Origin: Verrucomicrobiia bacterium
GTDB taxonomy: Bacteria; Omnitrophota; Omnitrophia; Omnitrophales; Aquincolibacteriaceae
Reading direction: 5' to 3'
Assembly (NCBI GenBank): GCA_035495615.1
Contig: DATJFP010000083.1
Coordinates: 23,803-87,802, forward strand
DNA length: 64,000 nucleotides
The number at the start of each line of letters is the position of its first letter. The first letter of the stretch is position 1. This document shows positions 39,592 to 50,802 of the stretch, piece after piece. The position numbers and the translations under genes were made by a program. Under the pieces are notes generated by a model, which searched no databases, was not told the origin of the DNA, and worked only from the letters and a program-made list of their open reading frames with translations.

Positions 39592-41060
39592 TCTCACCTG
39601 ATTTGAAAACATTTTCGCGCCTCGCGCGAAAAGGAGGCTGGGTCGCTGTCACGGGGACCATCCTCGCGGATCTCGAGACGCCGGTTTCGAGTTTTTTGAA
39701 AGTCGCGCACGGCCTTCCCAATGCCTTTCTCCTGGAGTCCGCGGAACAGGCCGAGCACATCGGCCGTTATTCCATCCTCGGCGTTTCACCTCCGGTGGTT
39801 CTGACACAGGACAGCCGCGGCAAGGCCTTCCGCTTCGAAGGCAGCAAAAAAAAACCGCTGCCCGCAGGGGTGGAGCTCACCGAAGTGATGGCCCGCGAAA
39901 TCCGCGAATTTCGTCTCGCCAATCCCGAAGAGCTCAGCGGATTCAGCGGCGGGTGGGTCGGTTTCCTCGCGTATGAAAACGTGGAGCGCTTCGAAGACAT
40001 TCGGCTGAATCGCTTGCCGGGGCCGGACATGCCGCAGGGCGTTTTTTTTCTCTGCCGCGATTTCCTGGTGTTCGATCATTTCCGGAAGCAGCTGAAGATC
40101 GTGGTCATGGCGCCCACGCGGGGCAAAGGCGCCGCTGGCCAATACCGTAAGGCCGTGGCCAAAATCCGTGCGATCGCCGCGCAGCTGCAAAAGCCGCTCA
40201 AAATCAAGCCTTCACGGGGCGCCAAAAAATGGTCCGTCAAAACGAACATGACCCAGGCCCAGTTTGAGGCCAAGGTCAAGCGCGCCAAGGAATACATCCG
40301 CGCCGGAGACTGCATCCAGATCGTCCTTTCCCAACGTTTCACGCTGCCTGGTGTGCCGGATGATTTTCAGGTTTACCGGGCCTTGCGCTCGATCAATCCG
40401 TCTCCGTACATGTTTTATTTCCGCTGCGGCGATCTGCGCCTTGTCGGGACTTCGCCGGAACTGCTCGTCAAAAAAACGGGCACGGTTGCGGAAGTGCGTC
40501 CTATTGCGGGGACACGGCCGCGCGGCGCCACGCCGGAAGAGGATTTGCGGCATGAAGACAATCTCAAACGCTCTTCGAAAGAATTGGCCGAGCACCTGAT
40601 GCTCGTGGATTTGGGCCGCAACGATCTGGGCCGCGTCTGCCAGTATGATTCGATCCGTGTACAGAATTTCGCGCGCATCGAGCGCTATTCGCACGTGATG
40701 CACCTCGTAAGCGACGTGACCGGCAAGCTCAAGAAGGGGAAGACGGCCTTCGATCTTTTGAAAGCGACGTTTCCCGCGGGCACGGTCTCCGGCGCGCCGA
40801 AAATCCGGGCCATGCAGATCATCAATGAGCTGGAGCCCGAAAAGCGCGGGCCGTACGCGGGATGCCTTGGCTATTTCGGATTCAACCAGGACATGGACAT
40901 GTGTATCACGATCCGGACGCTGATGGTTTACAAAAACAAGATCTACCTTCAGGCGGGCGCGGGCATCGTCAAAGACTCGATCCCGTCGCGGGAATATCAG
41001 GAAACCGTCAACAAGGCGCGGGCCCTGATGAAGGCGCTGCAAGAACATGGGGACATCTGA
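39588..41060 (+). CDS. trpE: anthranilate synthase component I
   Basis: [18 protein letters not shown], chorismate-binding domain ([27 protein letters not shown]). Confidence 0.95.
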   Translation: MISPDLKTFSRLARKGGWVAVTGTILADLETPVSSFLKVAHGLPNAFLLESAEQAEHIGRYSILGVSPPVVLTQDSRGKAFRFEGSKKKPLPAGVELTEVMAREIREFRLANPEELSGFSGGWVGFLAYENVERFEDIRLNRLPGPDMPQGVFFLCRDFLVFDHFRKQLKIVVMAPTRGKGAAGQYRKAVAKIRAIAAQLQKPLKIKPSRGAKKWSVKTNMTQAQFEAKVKRAKEYIRAGDCIQIVLSQRFTLPGVPDDFQVYRALRSINPSPYMFYFRCGDLRLVGTSPELLVKKTGTVAEVRPIAGTRPRGATPEEDLRHEDNLKRSSKELAEHLMLVDLGRNDLGRVCQYDSIRVQNFARIERYSHVMHLVSDVTGKLKKGKTAFDLLKATFPAGTVSGAPKIRAMQIINELEPEKRGPYAGCLGYFGFNQDMDMCITIRTLMVYKNKIYLQAGAGIVKDSIPSREYQETVNKARALMKALQEHGDI

Positions 41061-41647
41061 TGCTTCTGGTCATCGATAATTACGATTCGTTTACCTACAA
41101 CCTGGTCCAGTATTTCGGGGAGCTGAAAGCTGCGCCGGAGGTCTGGAGGAACGACAAAATCACGTTGGCGCAGATCCGGAAGATGAAGCCCGACCAGATC
41201 GTGATCTCGCCGGGGCCGTGCACGCCGCTCGAAGCGGGCATTTCCAACGACGTGATCCGCGAATTTTCGGGCAAGGTGCCTTTGCTAGGCGTGTGTCTCG
41301 GGCACCAATGCATCGGCCATGTGTTCGGCGGCAAGGTGATCCGGGCCAAGCAAATCATGCACGGCAAAATCTCGAAGATCCGTCACAAGCAGGCCGGCAT
41401 TTTTAAGGGCATTCCGGACGGCTTTGCCGCGACGCGCTATCATTCGCTTCTGGTCGAGAAGCAATCTTTTCCCAAAGTCCTGGAAATTACGGCCTGGACC
41501 GACCAGGGGGAAGTGATGGGCCTGCGCCACAGGACGTATCCCGTTTGGGGCGTCCAGTTTCATCCGGAATCTATTCTGACTACTTCAGGAAAGGACATCC
41601 TGCGCAATTTCTTGAAGCTGTCCAGCGAGTTCCGGCGAAAGCGCTGA
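41060..41647 (+). CDS. trpG: anthranilate synthase component II (glutamine amidotransferase)
   Basis: [18 protein letters not shown], catalytic GVCLGHQ, HSL, QFHPES. ATG overlaps the trpE stop (TGATG). Confidence 0.9.
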   Translation: MLLVIDNYDSFTYNLVQYFGELKAAPEVWRNDKITLAQIRKMKPDQIVISPGPCTPLEAGISNDVIREFSGKVPLLGVCLGHQCIGHVFGGKVIRAKQIMHGKISKIRHKQAGIFKGIPDGFAATRYHSLLVEKQSFPKVLEITAWTDQGEVMGLRHRTYPVWGVQFHPESILTTSGKDILRNFLKLSSEFRRKR

Positions 41648-41650
41648 GTC

Positions 41651-42679
41651 ATGGATTTTGAGCCTGTTCTCGAAAAACTTTTACGGCAGGAAGCGCTGAC
41701 CGAAGGCGAGTCCTTCGGCGCGTTTGTCGGACTCTTTAAAGGAAGCCTTTCGCCCGCACAGTCGAAAGCCCTGCTTTTGCTTTTGGCCCGCAAAGGGGAG
41801 ACGCGGGACGAGCTGCAGGGATGCGTGCGCGCTTTGAGAAAGCTGGAGCCGCCGCGCCGCGTTCGCATTGCCGGACTCCTCGATACGTGCGGCACGGGCG
41901 GCGACGGCAGCCGTTCGATCAACGTATCCACGCTCGCGGCTTTTGTGATCGCGGGCGCGGGCGGGAAAGTTGCGAAACACGGCAACCGGGCCATTACGTC
42001 GGCTTGCGGCAGTTCCGACCTGATGGAATGGCTGGGCGTCAAGCTGGAGGCGCCGCCGGAAGTCATGATCCGGGCGCTGCGGCGGTCCGGCCTGGGCTAT
42101 TTTCACGCGCCTTATTATCATCCGGTATTTTCGCGGGCGCAGGCGCTGCGCAAGAAGCTCAAAGTGCGGACGTTATTCAATCTGCTGGGACCGCTCATGA
42201 ATCCGCTGGAAGTCGAGGGACAGGTCATCGGCGTCTCGCGTCCGGAATTCATCGCGCCTTTTGCCCACGTGCTGCGAAAGCGCGGGGTGCGCTGCGCGAT
42301 GGTTTGCCACAGCGCGGACGGCCTCGACGAGATCTCGACGGGGGCTCCGACGGATTACGTCTTGATCCGCGGGGAAAAAACCGCGGCGGGCCGGATCAAT
42401 CCCCGGAAGCTGGGGCTGCGCCGTTATCCGCGCCAAGCTTTCATCACCCGGAGCGCGGCAGCGAGCCGCAAAGCGGCTTTGGGAATTTTGACCGGCAAAG
42501 TAAAGGGCGCTATGAAGGACATCGTCGTGCTGAATGCCGCGGCCGGGATTTGGATCGCGGGGCTGGCGCCGGACCTGAACGCCGGGATGGAAGCCGCGCG
42601 TGAGTCCCTGGAGGCCGGCCGGGCCTATGAGGTTCTGATAAAATTAAAGAAGATGACCCGATCAAGGAGTTTCGCGTGA
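41651..42679 (+). CDS. trpD: anthranilate phosphoribosyltransferase
   Basis: DTCGTGGDGSRSINVST...KHGNRAITSACGSSD. Confidence 0.95.
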   Translation: MDFEPVLEKLLRQEALTEGESFGAFVGLFKGSLSPAQSKALLLLLARKGETRDELQGCVRALRKLEPPRRVRIAGLLDTCGTGGDGSRSINVSTLAAFVIAGAGGKVAKHGNRAITSACGSSDLMEWLGVKLEAPPEVMIRALRRSGLGYFHAPYYHPVFSRAQALRKKLKVRTLFNLLGPLMNPLEVEGQVIGVSRPEFIAPFAHVLRKRGVRCAMVCHSADGLDEISTGAPTDYVLIRGEKTAAGRINPRKLGLRRYPRQAFITRSAAASRKAALGILTGKVKGAMKDIVVLNAAAGIWIAGLAPDLNAGMEAARESLEAGRAYEVLIKLKKMTRSRSFA

Positions 42680-43491
42680 TTTTGAACGAAATCATCACGA
42701 GAAAAAAGAAAGATCTGGAAGAATTGAAACGGCGCTTTCCCATGCACCGGCTGCGCAGCGCGGTCGAACATGCCAAGCGTCCGGGCAGCCGTCCGTTTCT
42801 CAAATCCCTTTCCGGCAGCAAGAAAATCAATTTGATCTGCGAAATCAAGAAGGCCTCGCCGTCGGAAGGCGTGCTGCGGGAAGATTTCCAGCCGCTCAGG
42901 ATCGCGGCGCTTTACGAGCATGCGGGCGCGGCCGCTATTTCCGTCCTGACCGAGCCTTATTTCTTCAAGGGCCGGCCGAGCTATCTCAAGACGATACGGC
43001 AGGTGACTTCCATTCCGCTGCTGCGCAAAGATTTCCTTTTCGAAAGCTACCAGATTTACGAAACGGCCCTTCTCGAAGCCGACTCGTTTCTTTTGATCTC
43101 GTCGCTTCTCACGGAAGAAGAATTGAAAGACCTGATCGAGCTGGGCCGGGAATTGGACATGGAAGCGCTCGTGGAAACGCACAGCGACGAGGATTTGACC
43201 AAGGCCTTGAATGCGGGCGCCAAAATCGTGGGCATCAACAACCGCAACCTGAAGACGCTGCAGGTCGACGTGAACCGGGCCAAGCAGCTCCTGCCGCACA
43301 TCCCCAAAGGCGTGGTCAAGGTCGTGGAAAGCGGGCTTTCCTCGCATGAAGAAATCCTGACGTACCGGAGCCTCGGGGCCGATGCCTTTCTCGTCGGCAC
43401 TTCGATCATGAAATCGCCCGACATGGTGGGCACGATCGAGTCGTTTCTCGGCACGGACAAAAAATTCCGTAAATTGGAAGGGGCGTCATGA
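42676..43491 (+). CDS. trpC: indole-3-glycerol phosphate synthase
   Basis: GTG start overlapping the trpD stop. ICEIKKASPS...IGINNRNL...ESGL. Confidence 0.9.
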   Translation: MILNEIITRKKKDLEELKRRFPMHRLRSAVEHAKRPGSRPFLKSLSGSKKINLICEIKKASPSEGVLREDFQPLRIAALYEHAGAAAISVLTEPYFFKGRPSYLKTIRQVTSIPLLRKDFLFESYQIYETALLEADSFLLISSLLTEEELKDLIELGRELDMEALVETHSDEDLTKALNAGAKIVGINNRNLKTLQVDVNRAKQLLPHIPKGVVKVVESGLSSHEEILTYRSLGADAFLVGTSIMKSPDMVGTIESFLGTDKKFRKLEGAS

Positions 43492-44144
43492 CCAAAGTCA
43501 AAATCTGCGGCAATACCAACGCGGAAGACGTGAAACGCGCGATCGATCTGGGCGCGGATTACCTCGGCTTTATCTTCACGGAGAGCAAACGGAAAATCGA
43601 CGAGGCCGCGGCCCAGGACATCATGCGCGCCTTTCCCGAGTATCCGAGTTTCGTCGGGGTTTTCTCCAATCAGCCCAAAGAATTCGTGGAGACGCTTGCG
43701 CGCCGTCTGGGCCTCCGATTCCTGCAGTTTCACGGGGATGAAACCGCGCTTTACTGCCAGCATTTCATGGACGAGGGGTTTGAAGTCATCAAGACGTTCC
43801 GGGTCAAGGACGCCATGAGCCTCAAACGGATCGACGAGTACAACGTCAGCGCATTTTTGTTCGATACGTTTTCGAACACGGAAAAAGGCGGCACGGGCAA
43901 AACCTTTGATTGGAATCTGATCGGGGACCGCGCTTACCTGCTCGACAAGCTGTTTCTCGCGGGCGGCCTGAATGTGGACAATCTCCGCGAGGCCATTCAA
44001 AAAGTAAAGCCTTTCGCCGTTGACGTGGCCAGCGGCGTCGAATCCGCTCCGGGCAAAAAAGACCCGCAGCTGCTCGAACGCTTCATCAAGATCGCCAAGG
44101 AAGGGCAGAAAAAAGATGTCCGAAAGAGCCCACTTCCTACGTAA
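43488..44144 (+). CDS. trpF: phosphoribosylanthranilate isomerase
   Basis: KVKICGNTNAEDV...GADYLGFIF...LAGGL. Confidence 0.9.
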   Translation: MTKVKICGNTNAEDVKRAIDLGADYLGFIFTESKRKIDEAAAQDIMRAFPEYPSFVGVFSNQPKEFVETLARRLGLRFLQFHGDETALYCQHFMDEGFEVIKTFRVKDAMSLKRIDEYNVSAFLFDTFSNTEKGGTGKTFDWNLIGDRAYLLDKLFLAGGLNVDNLREAIQKVKPFAVDVASGVESAPGKKDPQLLERFIKIAKEGQKKDVRKSPLPT

Positions 44145-45300
44145 AATCCTCAGCCGGCTGGATCGCGTAGACAAAAAAGCGATCGAGGCCTTCGTCAGCA
44201 GCCTGTTCGAAGAAAATCAGGCTTACCTGGAAATGCTGGACCGCATTCCGGCGGGCGTGATGCGCGCGGCGCCGGACGGGACGCTTCTCTATGTCAACGA
44301 GGCCGCTGCAATTTGGACGGGGCTTCCCGGCCCTCTTTACCCGCCGCGGCAGGCCTCCCTCAAAGAAGTTCAAGACGACAAGCTGCGCCAGGTCCTGGAA
44401 AACGCCGCGGCATCGCCCAAACGCAAGAGCGTGGAAGAAGTCCGCGTCCTCGAGCCCAAGGAAATCGAATTGCGGGTCTTTTCCTGGCCGTTCGAAAAAA
44501 TTCCTGCGGGGCAAAGCCTGATCGTCCTGGTGAACATCACGCCGGAAAAAATCCACGAATCGGCAAAACAGCATTTGCTGCGGAACGATGCGCTTCTGCG
44601 TCTTGGGGCGGGGATTGCCCACGAGATCGGTAATCCACTCAACGCCATTGACATTCATCTGACCTTAATGCTCAAAGAAGCGGAGAAACTGCCGGGAGCG
44701 GTGCAGAAGAATTTTTTGCGGACCCTCCAGGTGCTCCAATCGGAAACCCGGCGCCTGGATGGCATCGTCCGCAACTTTCTCAAGGCCGTCCGCCGTCCGG
44801 TGTCGCGTTTCCGTCCGGAAGATCTCAACCAGATCATCCAGGAGGCCGTCGACTTTTTTACCCCGGAGCTTCATGAAAAAAAAATGACGATCTCTTTCCA
44901 GCCCGACCGCGCTCTCGGGGCTTTTTTCCTCGACCGCAGCAGGATGAGAGAAGTCTTCGACAACCTGATCAAGAACGCCATGGAAGCCATGCCCAAAGGC
45001 GGGAATGTTTCCATCTCGGTCACGCATAAAGGCAAGCTCGCCATGGTCCGCATCCGCGATCAGGGTATGGGGATCAGCGACCGGGATTTGCCGCATATAT
45101 TCGAGGCGTACTACACGACCAAAAAAGAAGGCTCCGGACTCGGTCTCATGGTGGTCTATAACATCATCGCGGAACACGGCGGCCGCATCGAAGTCGAAAC
45201 CAAGCCTGGGAAGGGCACGACGTTCGCGATCCTGCTGCCGATTCGCAACCCCCGTCTGCAATTGCCCGGCATTCCGGCGGCAGAACATCCCAAACGTTGA
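44116..45300 (+). CDS. soluble PAS-domain sensor histidine kinase (NtrB/AtoS-like)
   Basis: PAS-like region, H-box IAHEIGNPLNAI, N/G boxes (DNLIKNAMEA, DQGMGI, GSGLGL). No TM. Start chosen at the ATG after AAAAG; it overlaps the trpF 3' end. Confidence 0.8.
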   Translation: MSERAHFLRKILSRLDRVDKKAIEAFVSSLFEENQAYLEMLDRIPAGVMRAAPDGTLLYVNEAAAIWTGLPGPLYPPRQASLKEVQDDKLRQVLENAAASPKRKSVEEVRVLEPKEIELRVFSWPFEKIPAGQSLIVLVNITPEKIHESAKQHLLRNDALLRLGAGIAHEIGNPLNAIDIHLTLMLKEAEKLPGAVQKNFLRTLQVLQSETRRLDGIVRNFLKAVRRPVSRFRPEDLNQIIQEAVDFFTPELHEKKMTISFQPDRALGAFFLDRSRMREVFDNLIKNAMEAMPKGGNVSISVTHKGKLAMVRIRDQGMGISDRDLPHIFEAYYTTKKEGSGLGLMVVYNIIAEHGGRIEVETKPGKGTTFAILLPIRNPRLQLPGIPAAEHPKR

Positions 45301-45309
45301 AGGTGACGC

Positions 45310-46680
45310 ATGTCGCTCTATGCCAAAATCCTGATTGTTGACGATGAGAAAAACGTGCGGGACGGGCTCCGGCAATTCCTGGAAGGCCTGGACTACGAAG
45401 TTTTTTGTGCCGGGGACGGGGAAGAGGGCTTTGAGCTTTACCGCCGCGAAAAACCGGATCTCGTGCTGACCGACATCCGCATGCCGAAGATGGACGGCGT
45501 TTCCCTGCTCGAAAAAATCAAAAACGAGAACCCCGGCGCTTCCGTTATCCTTCTCACCGCCTATGGAACCGTGGAAGACGCGGTCAGGGCCATGAAAAAG
45601 GGCGCCTACTATTATCTTACCAAACCCACGAACCTCGAAGAGCTGGAACTCCTGGTTAAAAAGGCGCTGCTCAGCCAGAATCTCGAGGAAGAAAACCGGG
45701 AATTGAAAGAGGCGCTCTTCAAGCAGAAATTCGAGACCGGAGAAATCCTGGCCCGCTCTCAGGTCATGAAGGACGTCCTGAAAACTGCGGATCAGATCGC
45801 GCAATCGTCCGCCACGGTCCTGATCGAAGGCGAAAGCGGCACGGGCAAGGAACTCATCGCGCACCGCATCCATCAGGAGAGCAACCGCAGCCAGCAGCCC
45901 TTCGTGGCCGTGCATTGCGCGGCCTTGACGCAGTCGCTTCTGACAAGCGAGCTCTTCGGCCATGAAAAAGGGGCATTTACCGGCGCCGTCGACCGCAAGG
46001 TCGGACGTTTCGAGAAGGCCCACATGGGAACATTGTTCCTGGATGAAATCGGCGAGCTTTCCCAGGAAACGCAGGTGAAGCTCCTGCGCGTGCTCCAGGA
46101 AAGAGAATTCGAGCGGGTAGGCAGCACCAAGACCATCAAGGTGGATGTGCGCCTCATCTGCGCGACCAATAAAAATCTTCTCGAAGAAGTCCGGGCCGGA
46201 CGTTTCCGCGAAGACCTCTATTACCGCATCAACGTTATCTATCTGAAAATGCCGCCGCTGCGGGACAGACCGGAGGACATTCCCGCCCTGGTGGAAGACT
46301 TCATCAAACATTTTGCGCGGCTCAACGGCAAAAAGGTGTCGGGAATCGACGCCGAGGCGCTCAATTATCTGAAGCAATACAACTGGCCCGGCAACGTCCG
46401 TGAATTAAAAAATATCGTGGAGCGCATGGTGGTGTTGACCCAGGAAGAACAGCTTCGCGCTTCGCTGGTGCCCGAAGACATCCGCCAGAAACGCGCGGTC
46501 ACGGCGGCGGCATCCATGCCTTCTTTCGCGCCCGGCGGCAATCAGCAGCTTCAAGACATGGAGCGGGAATTCATCAAGGCCAAGCTCGAAGAAAGCGCAG
46601 GCAACAAGTCTCTGGCAGCCAAGAAATTGGGGATTTCCCGCCGGACGCTCTACCGTAAGATCGAAGAATACAAGCTCTGA
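45310..46680 (+). CDS. sigma-54-dependent response regulator (NtrC/AtoC family)
   Basis: REC (ILIVDDE...D55), AAA+ sigma-54 activator (GESGTGKE, GAFTGA), C-terminal HTH (SRRTLYRKIEEY). Confidence 0.9.
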   Translation: MSLYAKILIVDDEKNVRDGLRQFLEGLDYEVFCAGDGEEGFELYRREKPDLVLTDIRMPKMDGVSLLEKIKNENPGASVILLTAYGTVEDAVRAMKKGAYYYLTKPTNLEELELLVKKALLSQNLEEENRELKEALFKQKFETGEILARSQVMKDVLKTADQIAQSSATVLIEGESGTGKELIAHRIHQESNRSQQPFVAVHCAALTQSLLTSELFGHEKGAFTGAVDRKVGRFEKAHMGTLFLDEIGELSQETQVKLLRVLQEREFERVGSTKTIKVDVRLICATNKNLLEEVRAGRFREDLYYRINVIYLKMPPLRDRPEDIPALVEDFIKHFARLNGKKVSGIDAEALNYLKQYNWPGNVRELKNIVERMVVLTQEEQLRASLVPEDIRQKRAVTAAASMPSFAPGGNQQLQDMEREFIKAKLEESAGNKSLAAKKLGISRRTLYRKIEEYKL

Positions 46681-46810
46681 CCCTTTCCAAAATGCAACAG
46701 TCCTTGTCTCGTTTTGGCGCACTTTCTCGATTTCCCCAAATCACCTGAAATTTCATATCCCTAAGTCTATCAGCTAAAGTGGGTTACGATTGGGGATTTC
46801 ACCCTTCGGA

Positions 46811-46826
46811 TGGCACGGGAATTGAA
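46811..46826 (+). promoter_or_regulatory. candidate sigma-54-type promoter TGGCACG-N4-TTGAA upstream of dnaK
   Basis: tggcacgggaattgaa lies 54-69 bp upstream of the dnaK ATG. The -24 element is perfect; the -12 element has A in place of the conserved C. No CIRCE element seen. Confidence 0.3.
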
Positions 46827-46879
46827 GAAAGGGTAACGTACGATTACGAAATCATGTTCATCTAAAAAGGAGACTGACA

Positions 46880-48811
46880 ATGCCTAAAATCTTAGGAATC
46901 GACCTTGGAACCACCAATTCGTGCATGGCCATCATGGAAGGCGGAGAGCCCAAAGTGATTGCCAACGTCGAAGGAAACCGCACCACGCCTTCCGTCGTAG
47001 GCTTTACGAAGACGGGAGAACGGCTCGTCGGCCAGGCGGCCAAGCGGCAAGCCGTGACGAATCCGGAAAACACGGTCTTCAGCGCCAAGCGTTTCATCGG
47101 ACGCCGGCAGGAAGAAACCGGGCAGGAAGCCGCGCACGTTCCTTTTAAAATCAAAGCCGGCAAACACGGGGAAGCCGTCATCGGCATTCCCGCGCAGAAC
47201 CGCGATTTTACGCCGCCGGAAATTTCTGCCATGGTGCTTCAGAAATTGAAAGCCGATGCGGAAGCTTATCTCGGCGAGCCGATTAAGCAGGCCGTGATCA
47301 CGGTCCCTGCCTATTTCAACGACTCCCAGCGCCAAGCCACTAAAGACGCGGGGCAGATCGCGGGCCTTGAAGTTCTTCGCATCATCAATGAGCCCACGGC
47401 CGCGGCCTTGGCTTACGGCCTGGACAAAAAGAAAGACGAAACCATCGCCGTGTACGACTTGGGCGGAGGTACGTTCGATATTTCCATTCTGGAAATCGGC
47501 GACGGCGTCTTCGAAGTCAAAGCCACCAACGGCGACACGCATCTGGGCGGCGACGACTTCGACCAGAAGATCATGGAATGGATGATCGCCGAGTTCAAGA
47601 AGAACGAAGGCATTGACCTTTCGAAGGACCGGATGGCCGTGCAGCGCTTGAAAGAAGCGGCGGAAAAGGCCAAGTGCGAATTGTCCACCGCGCAGTCTTC
47701 TGAAATCAACCTGCCATTTGTCACCGCGGACGCCAATGGGCCGAAGCACCTGCTGCTGACGCTCACGCGGGCCAAGCTGGAACAGCTTGTCGGCGAGCTG
47801 ATCGAGCGCACGGCCTCGCCCTGCCTGGCCGCTATGAAAGACGCCGGGGTTAGCGCCAGTGATATTGATGAAGTCATCCTGGTTGGCGGACAGACGAGAA
47901 TGCCGGCCGTCGTCGAAAAAGTACGTAAGCTTTTCAGCAAGGAGCCGCATCAGGGCGTGAACCCTGACGAAGTCGTGGCTGTTGGCGCTGCGATTCAGGG
48001 CGGCGTGCTGCAGGGGGACGTGAAAGACGTGCTCCTGCTCGACGTGACCCCGCTTTCGCTCGGCATCGAAACGCTGGGCGGCGTCATGACCAAACTGATC
48101 GAGCGTAACACGACGATTCCCGCCAAGAAGTCGGAAATCTTTTCCACCGCGGGGGACAATCAAACGGCGGTTACCGTGAAAGTCCTCCAGGGGGAACGCG
48201 AGATGGCGGGGGATAACCGTCTCCTGGGCCTTTTCAATCTCGAAGGTCTTCCTCCGGCTCCCCGGGGCGTGCCGCAGATCGAGGTCACGTTCGACATCGA
48301 TGCCAACGGCATCGTGAATGTGTCGGCCAAGGACCTTGGAACGGGCAAAGAGCAGAAGATCCGGATCGAATCCTCGTCCGGTCTTTCGAAGGATGAAGTC
48401 GAAAAGCTGGTGAAGGAAGCGTCAACGCACGCGGACGAAGACAAGAAAAAGCACGAAGTCATCACCGCGCGCAACCAGCTCGACAGCCTGGTCTATGCCA
48501 GCGAAAAGAGCCTGAAGGAACACGGCGACAAGGTGAGCGCCGAAGAGCGGCAGAAAGTGGAAGACGCCCTCAAGCAGGCGAAAGAAGCGCTGGCCGGCGA
48601 CCAGGTCGATAAGATCCAGGAAGCCACGCAGAAGTTGACCAGTGCCTCCCACACGATCGCCCAGAAGATGTATGAGGCTTCGTCCCAAAAGGCGCAGGGC
48701 CAGCCCAGCGCTTCCGCCGGCGCGCAGCAAGGCGCGGGCGGCAAAGGCGAGGACGTCGTGGATGCCGATTACGAAGTCGTCGACGAAGAGGCTAAGGAAA
48801 AAAAGAAGTAA
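46880..48811 (+). CDS. dnaK: molecular chaperone DnaK (Hsp70)
   Basis: [32 protein letters not shown]-terminal acidic EEVD-like tail. RBS AAAAGGAG. Confidence 0.97.
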   Translation: MPKILGIDLGTTNSCMAIMEGGEPKVIANVEGNRTTPSVVGFTKTGERLVGQAAKRQAVTNPENTVFSAKRFIGRRQEETGQEAAHVPFKIKAGKHGEAVIGIPAQNRDFTPPEISAMVLQKLKADAEAYLGEPIKQAVITVPAYFNDSQRQATKDAGQIAGLEVLRIINEPTAAALAYGLDKKKDETIAVYDLGGGTFDISILEIGDGVFEVKATNGDTHLGGDDFDQKIMEWMIAEFKKNEGIDLSKDRMAVQRLKEAAEKAKCELSTAQSSEINLPFVTADANGPKHLLLTLTRAKLEQLVGELIERTASPCLAAMKDAGVSASDIDEVILVGGQTRMPAVVEKVRKLFSKEPHQGVNPDEVVAVGAAIQGGVLQGDVKDVLLLDVTPLSLGIETLGGVMTKLIERNTTIPAKKSEIFSTAGDNQTAVTVKVLQGEREMAGDNRLLGLFNLEGLPPAPRGVPQIEVTFDIDANGIVNVSAKDLGTGKEQKIRIESSSGLSKDEVEKLVKEASTHADEDKKKHEVITARNQLDSLVYASEKSLKEHGDKVSAEERQKVEDALKQAKEALAGDQVDKIQEATQKLTSASHTIAQKMYEASSQKAQGQPSASAGAQQGAGGKGEDVVDADYEVVDEEAKEKKK

Positions 48812-48825
48812 AATCGCGCAGAACT

Positions 48826-48862
48826 GCGGGCAGGTTCCGTAATAGTCGTTGAACCTGCCCGC
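48826..48862 (+). terminator. perfect 12-bp inverted repeat downstream of dnaK (terminator-like, weak T-tract)
   Basis: GCGGGCAGGTTCcgtaatagtcgttGAACCTGCCCGC. Confidence 0.4.
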
Positions 48863-48886
48863 AAGTACTTGTAAAATAAACACTTT

Positions 48887-49759
48887 ATGAGTACAAGACG
48901 GGTTCTGTTAACGATAGTTTGCGCACTGCTCCTCGGGCCCCATGGCTCAGCTGCAGCTTCGCCTCAACTCGAGGCGGGAGTCAACCCCCAGGAACTCAAA
49001 GCCGGAGAAAAGGCCGCTTTTTCCGTTGCCGTCCAATGGCCGGCGGAAGAGGCGAATTATTCTTTCGTCTTTCCGAGCGTGCCGCTTCAAAACCTCATGT
49101 TGACCCGGCAAGGGGAGTCTCAGGAAACCCTGAGCGAAAACGGCAAGCTCTTGTCCAAGAAAACATTTTTGCTTGAGCTCGAACCCGCGGGAACCGGCAC
49201 GGGCACGATCGGTCCTTTTTCGATTCAGTATCTAGATCCCGCGACGCAAGCTTCCGGCTCGCTGGATGTCCAGGCCTACAACGTCTCTCTCCTCAGCCCC
49301 CCTAAAAACAAAACTTGGATCTTTGCCGCTGCCGGCCTTTTGGCCGCGGCCTTGATTGGAATTCTTTCGACATTTTTGAAAAAACGCCGGAAGGCAGTCC
49401 CAGAAACCGCGGCTGTTGTTTCTCCCGCGGATCAGGCCATCGCGCGCATCCGTGAGATCGCGGCGGTCGGCGGCACTTGGAAGCAGGAAGATAAACTGTC
49501 CGGCATCAGCAGCGAGTTCCGCTCGTTTCTGATGTCTCATTATGGAATCCAAAAAGCCCGGGCCGCGGATCCCGAAATCCTCAGCGAATTGGAACTCCGC
49601 AAACTTGACTCTCTTGAAATTAAAACCGTCCGGGACCTCTGCGGCCGCATCCATGAGGCCAAATATTCCGGGGCGCCGCTTTCCGACAGGGACTTGAAAG
49701 ATTTTTCAGAGGACATCGTTCATTTTATTTCGGGTAAACGAATCGTGGGAAATCCCTAA
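48887..49759 (+). CDS. hypothetical single-pass membrane protein (signal peptide, extracytoplasmic domain, TM, cytoplasmic helical tail); paralog of the ORF at 51671
   Basis: Same architecture as 51671..52648, with parallel motif patterns (G..F...V.V...P...IxY; EILSEL / EILQLL; AKYSGAPLS / AKFAKWRPEP). Confidence 0.55.
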   Translation: MSTRRVLLTIVCALLLGPHGSAAASPQLEAGVNPQELKAGEKAAFSVAVQWPAEEANYSFVFPSVPLQNLMLTRQGESQETLSENGKLLSKKTFLLELEPAGTGTGTIGPFSIQYLDPATQASGSLDVQAYNVSLLSPPKNKTWIFAAAGLLAAALIGILSTFLKKRRKAVPETAAVVSPADQAIARIREIAAVGGTWKQEDKLSGISSEFRSFLMSHYGIQKARAADPEILSELELRKLDSLEIKTVRDLCGRIHEAKYSGAPLSDRDLKDFSEDIVHFISGKRIVGNP

Positions 49760-49812
49760 TTTTGCGTTCATGAACCAATCACGGCCCGGATCCGGGCCAA
49801 CAGGAGGATGGA

Positions 49813-50798
<986 letters not shown>

Positions 50799-50802
<4 letters not shown>

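Noticed and set aside
46681-46879. Looked for a CIRCE (TTAGCACTC-N9-GAGTGCTAA) or sigma-32 promoter upstream of dnaK
   Set aside because: Not present. Only the sigma-54-like element is reported.
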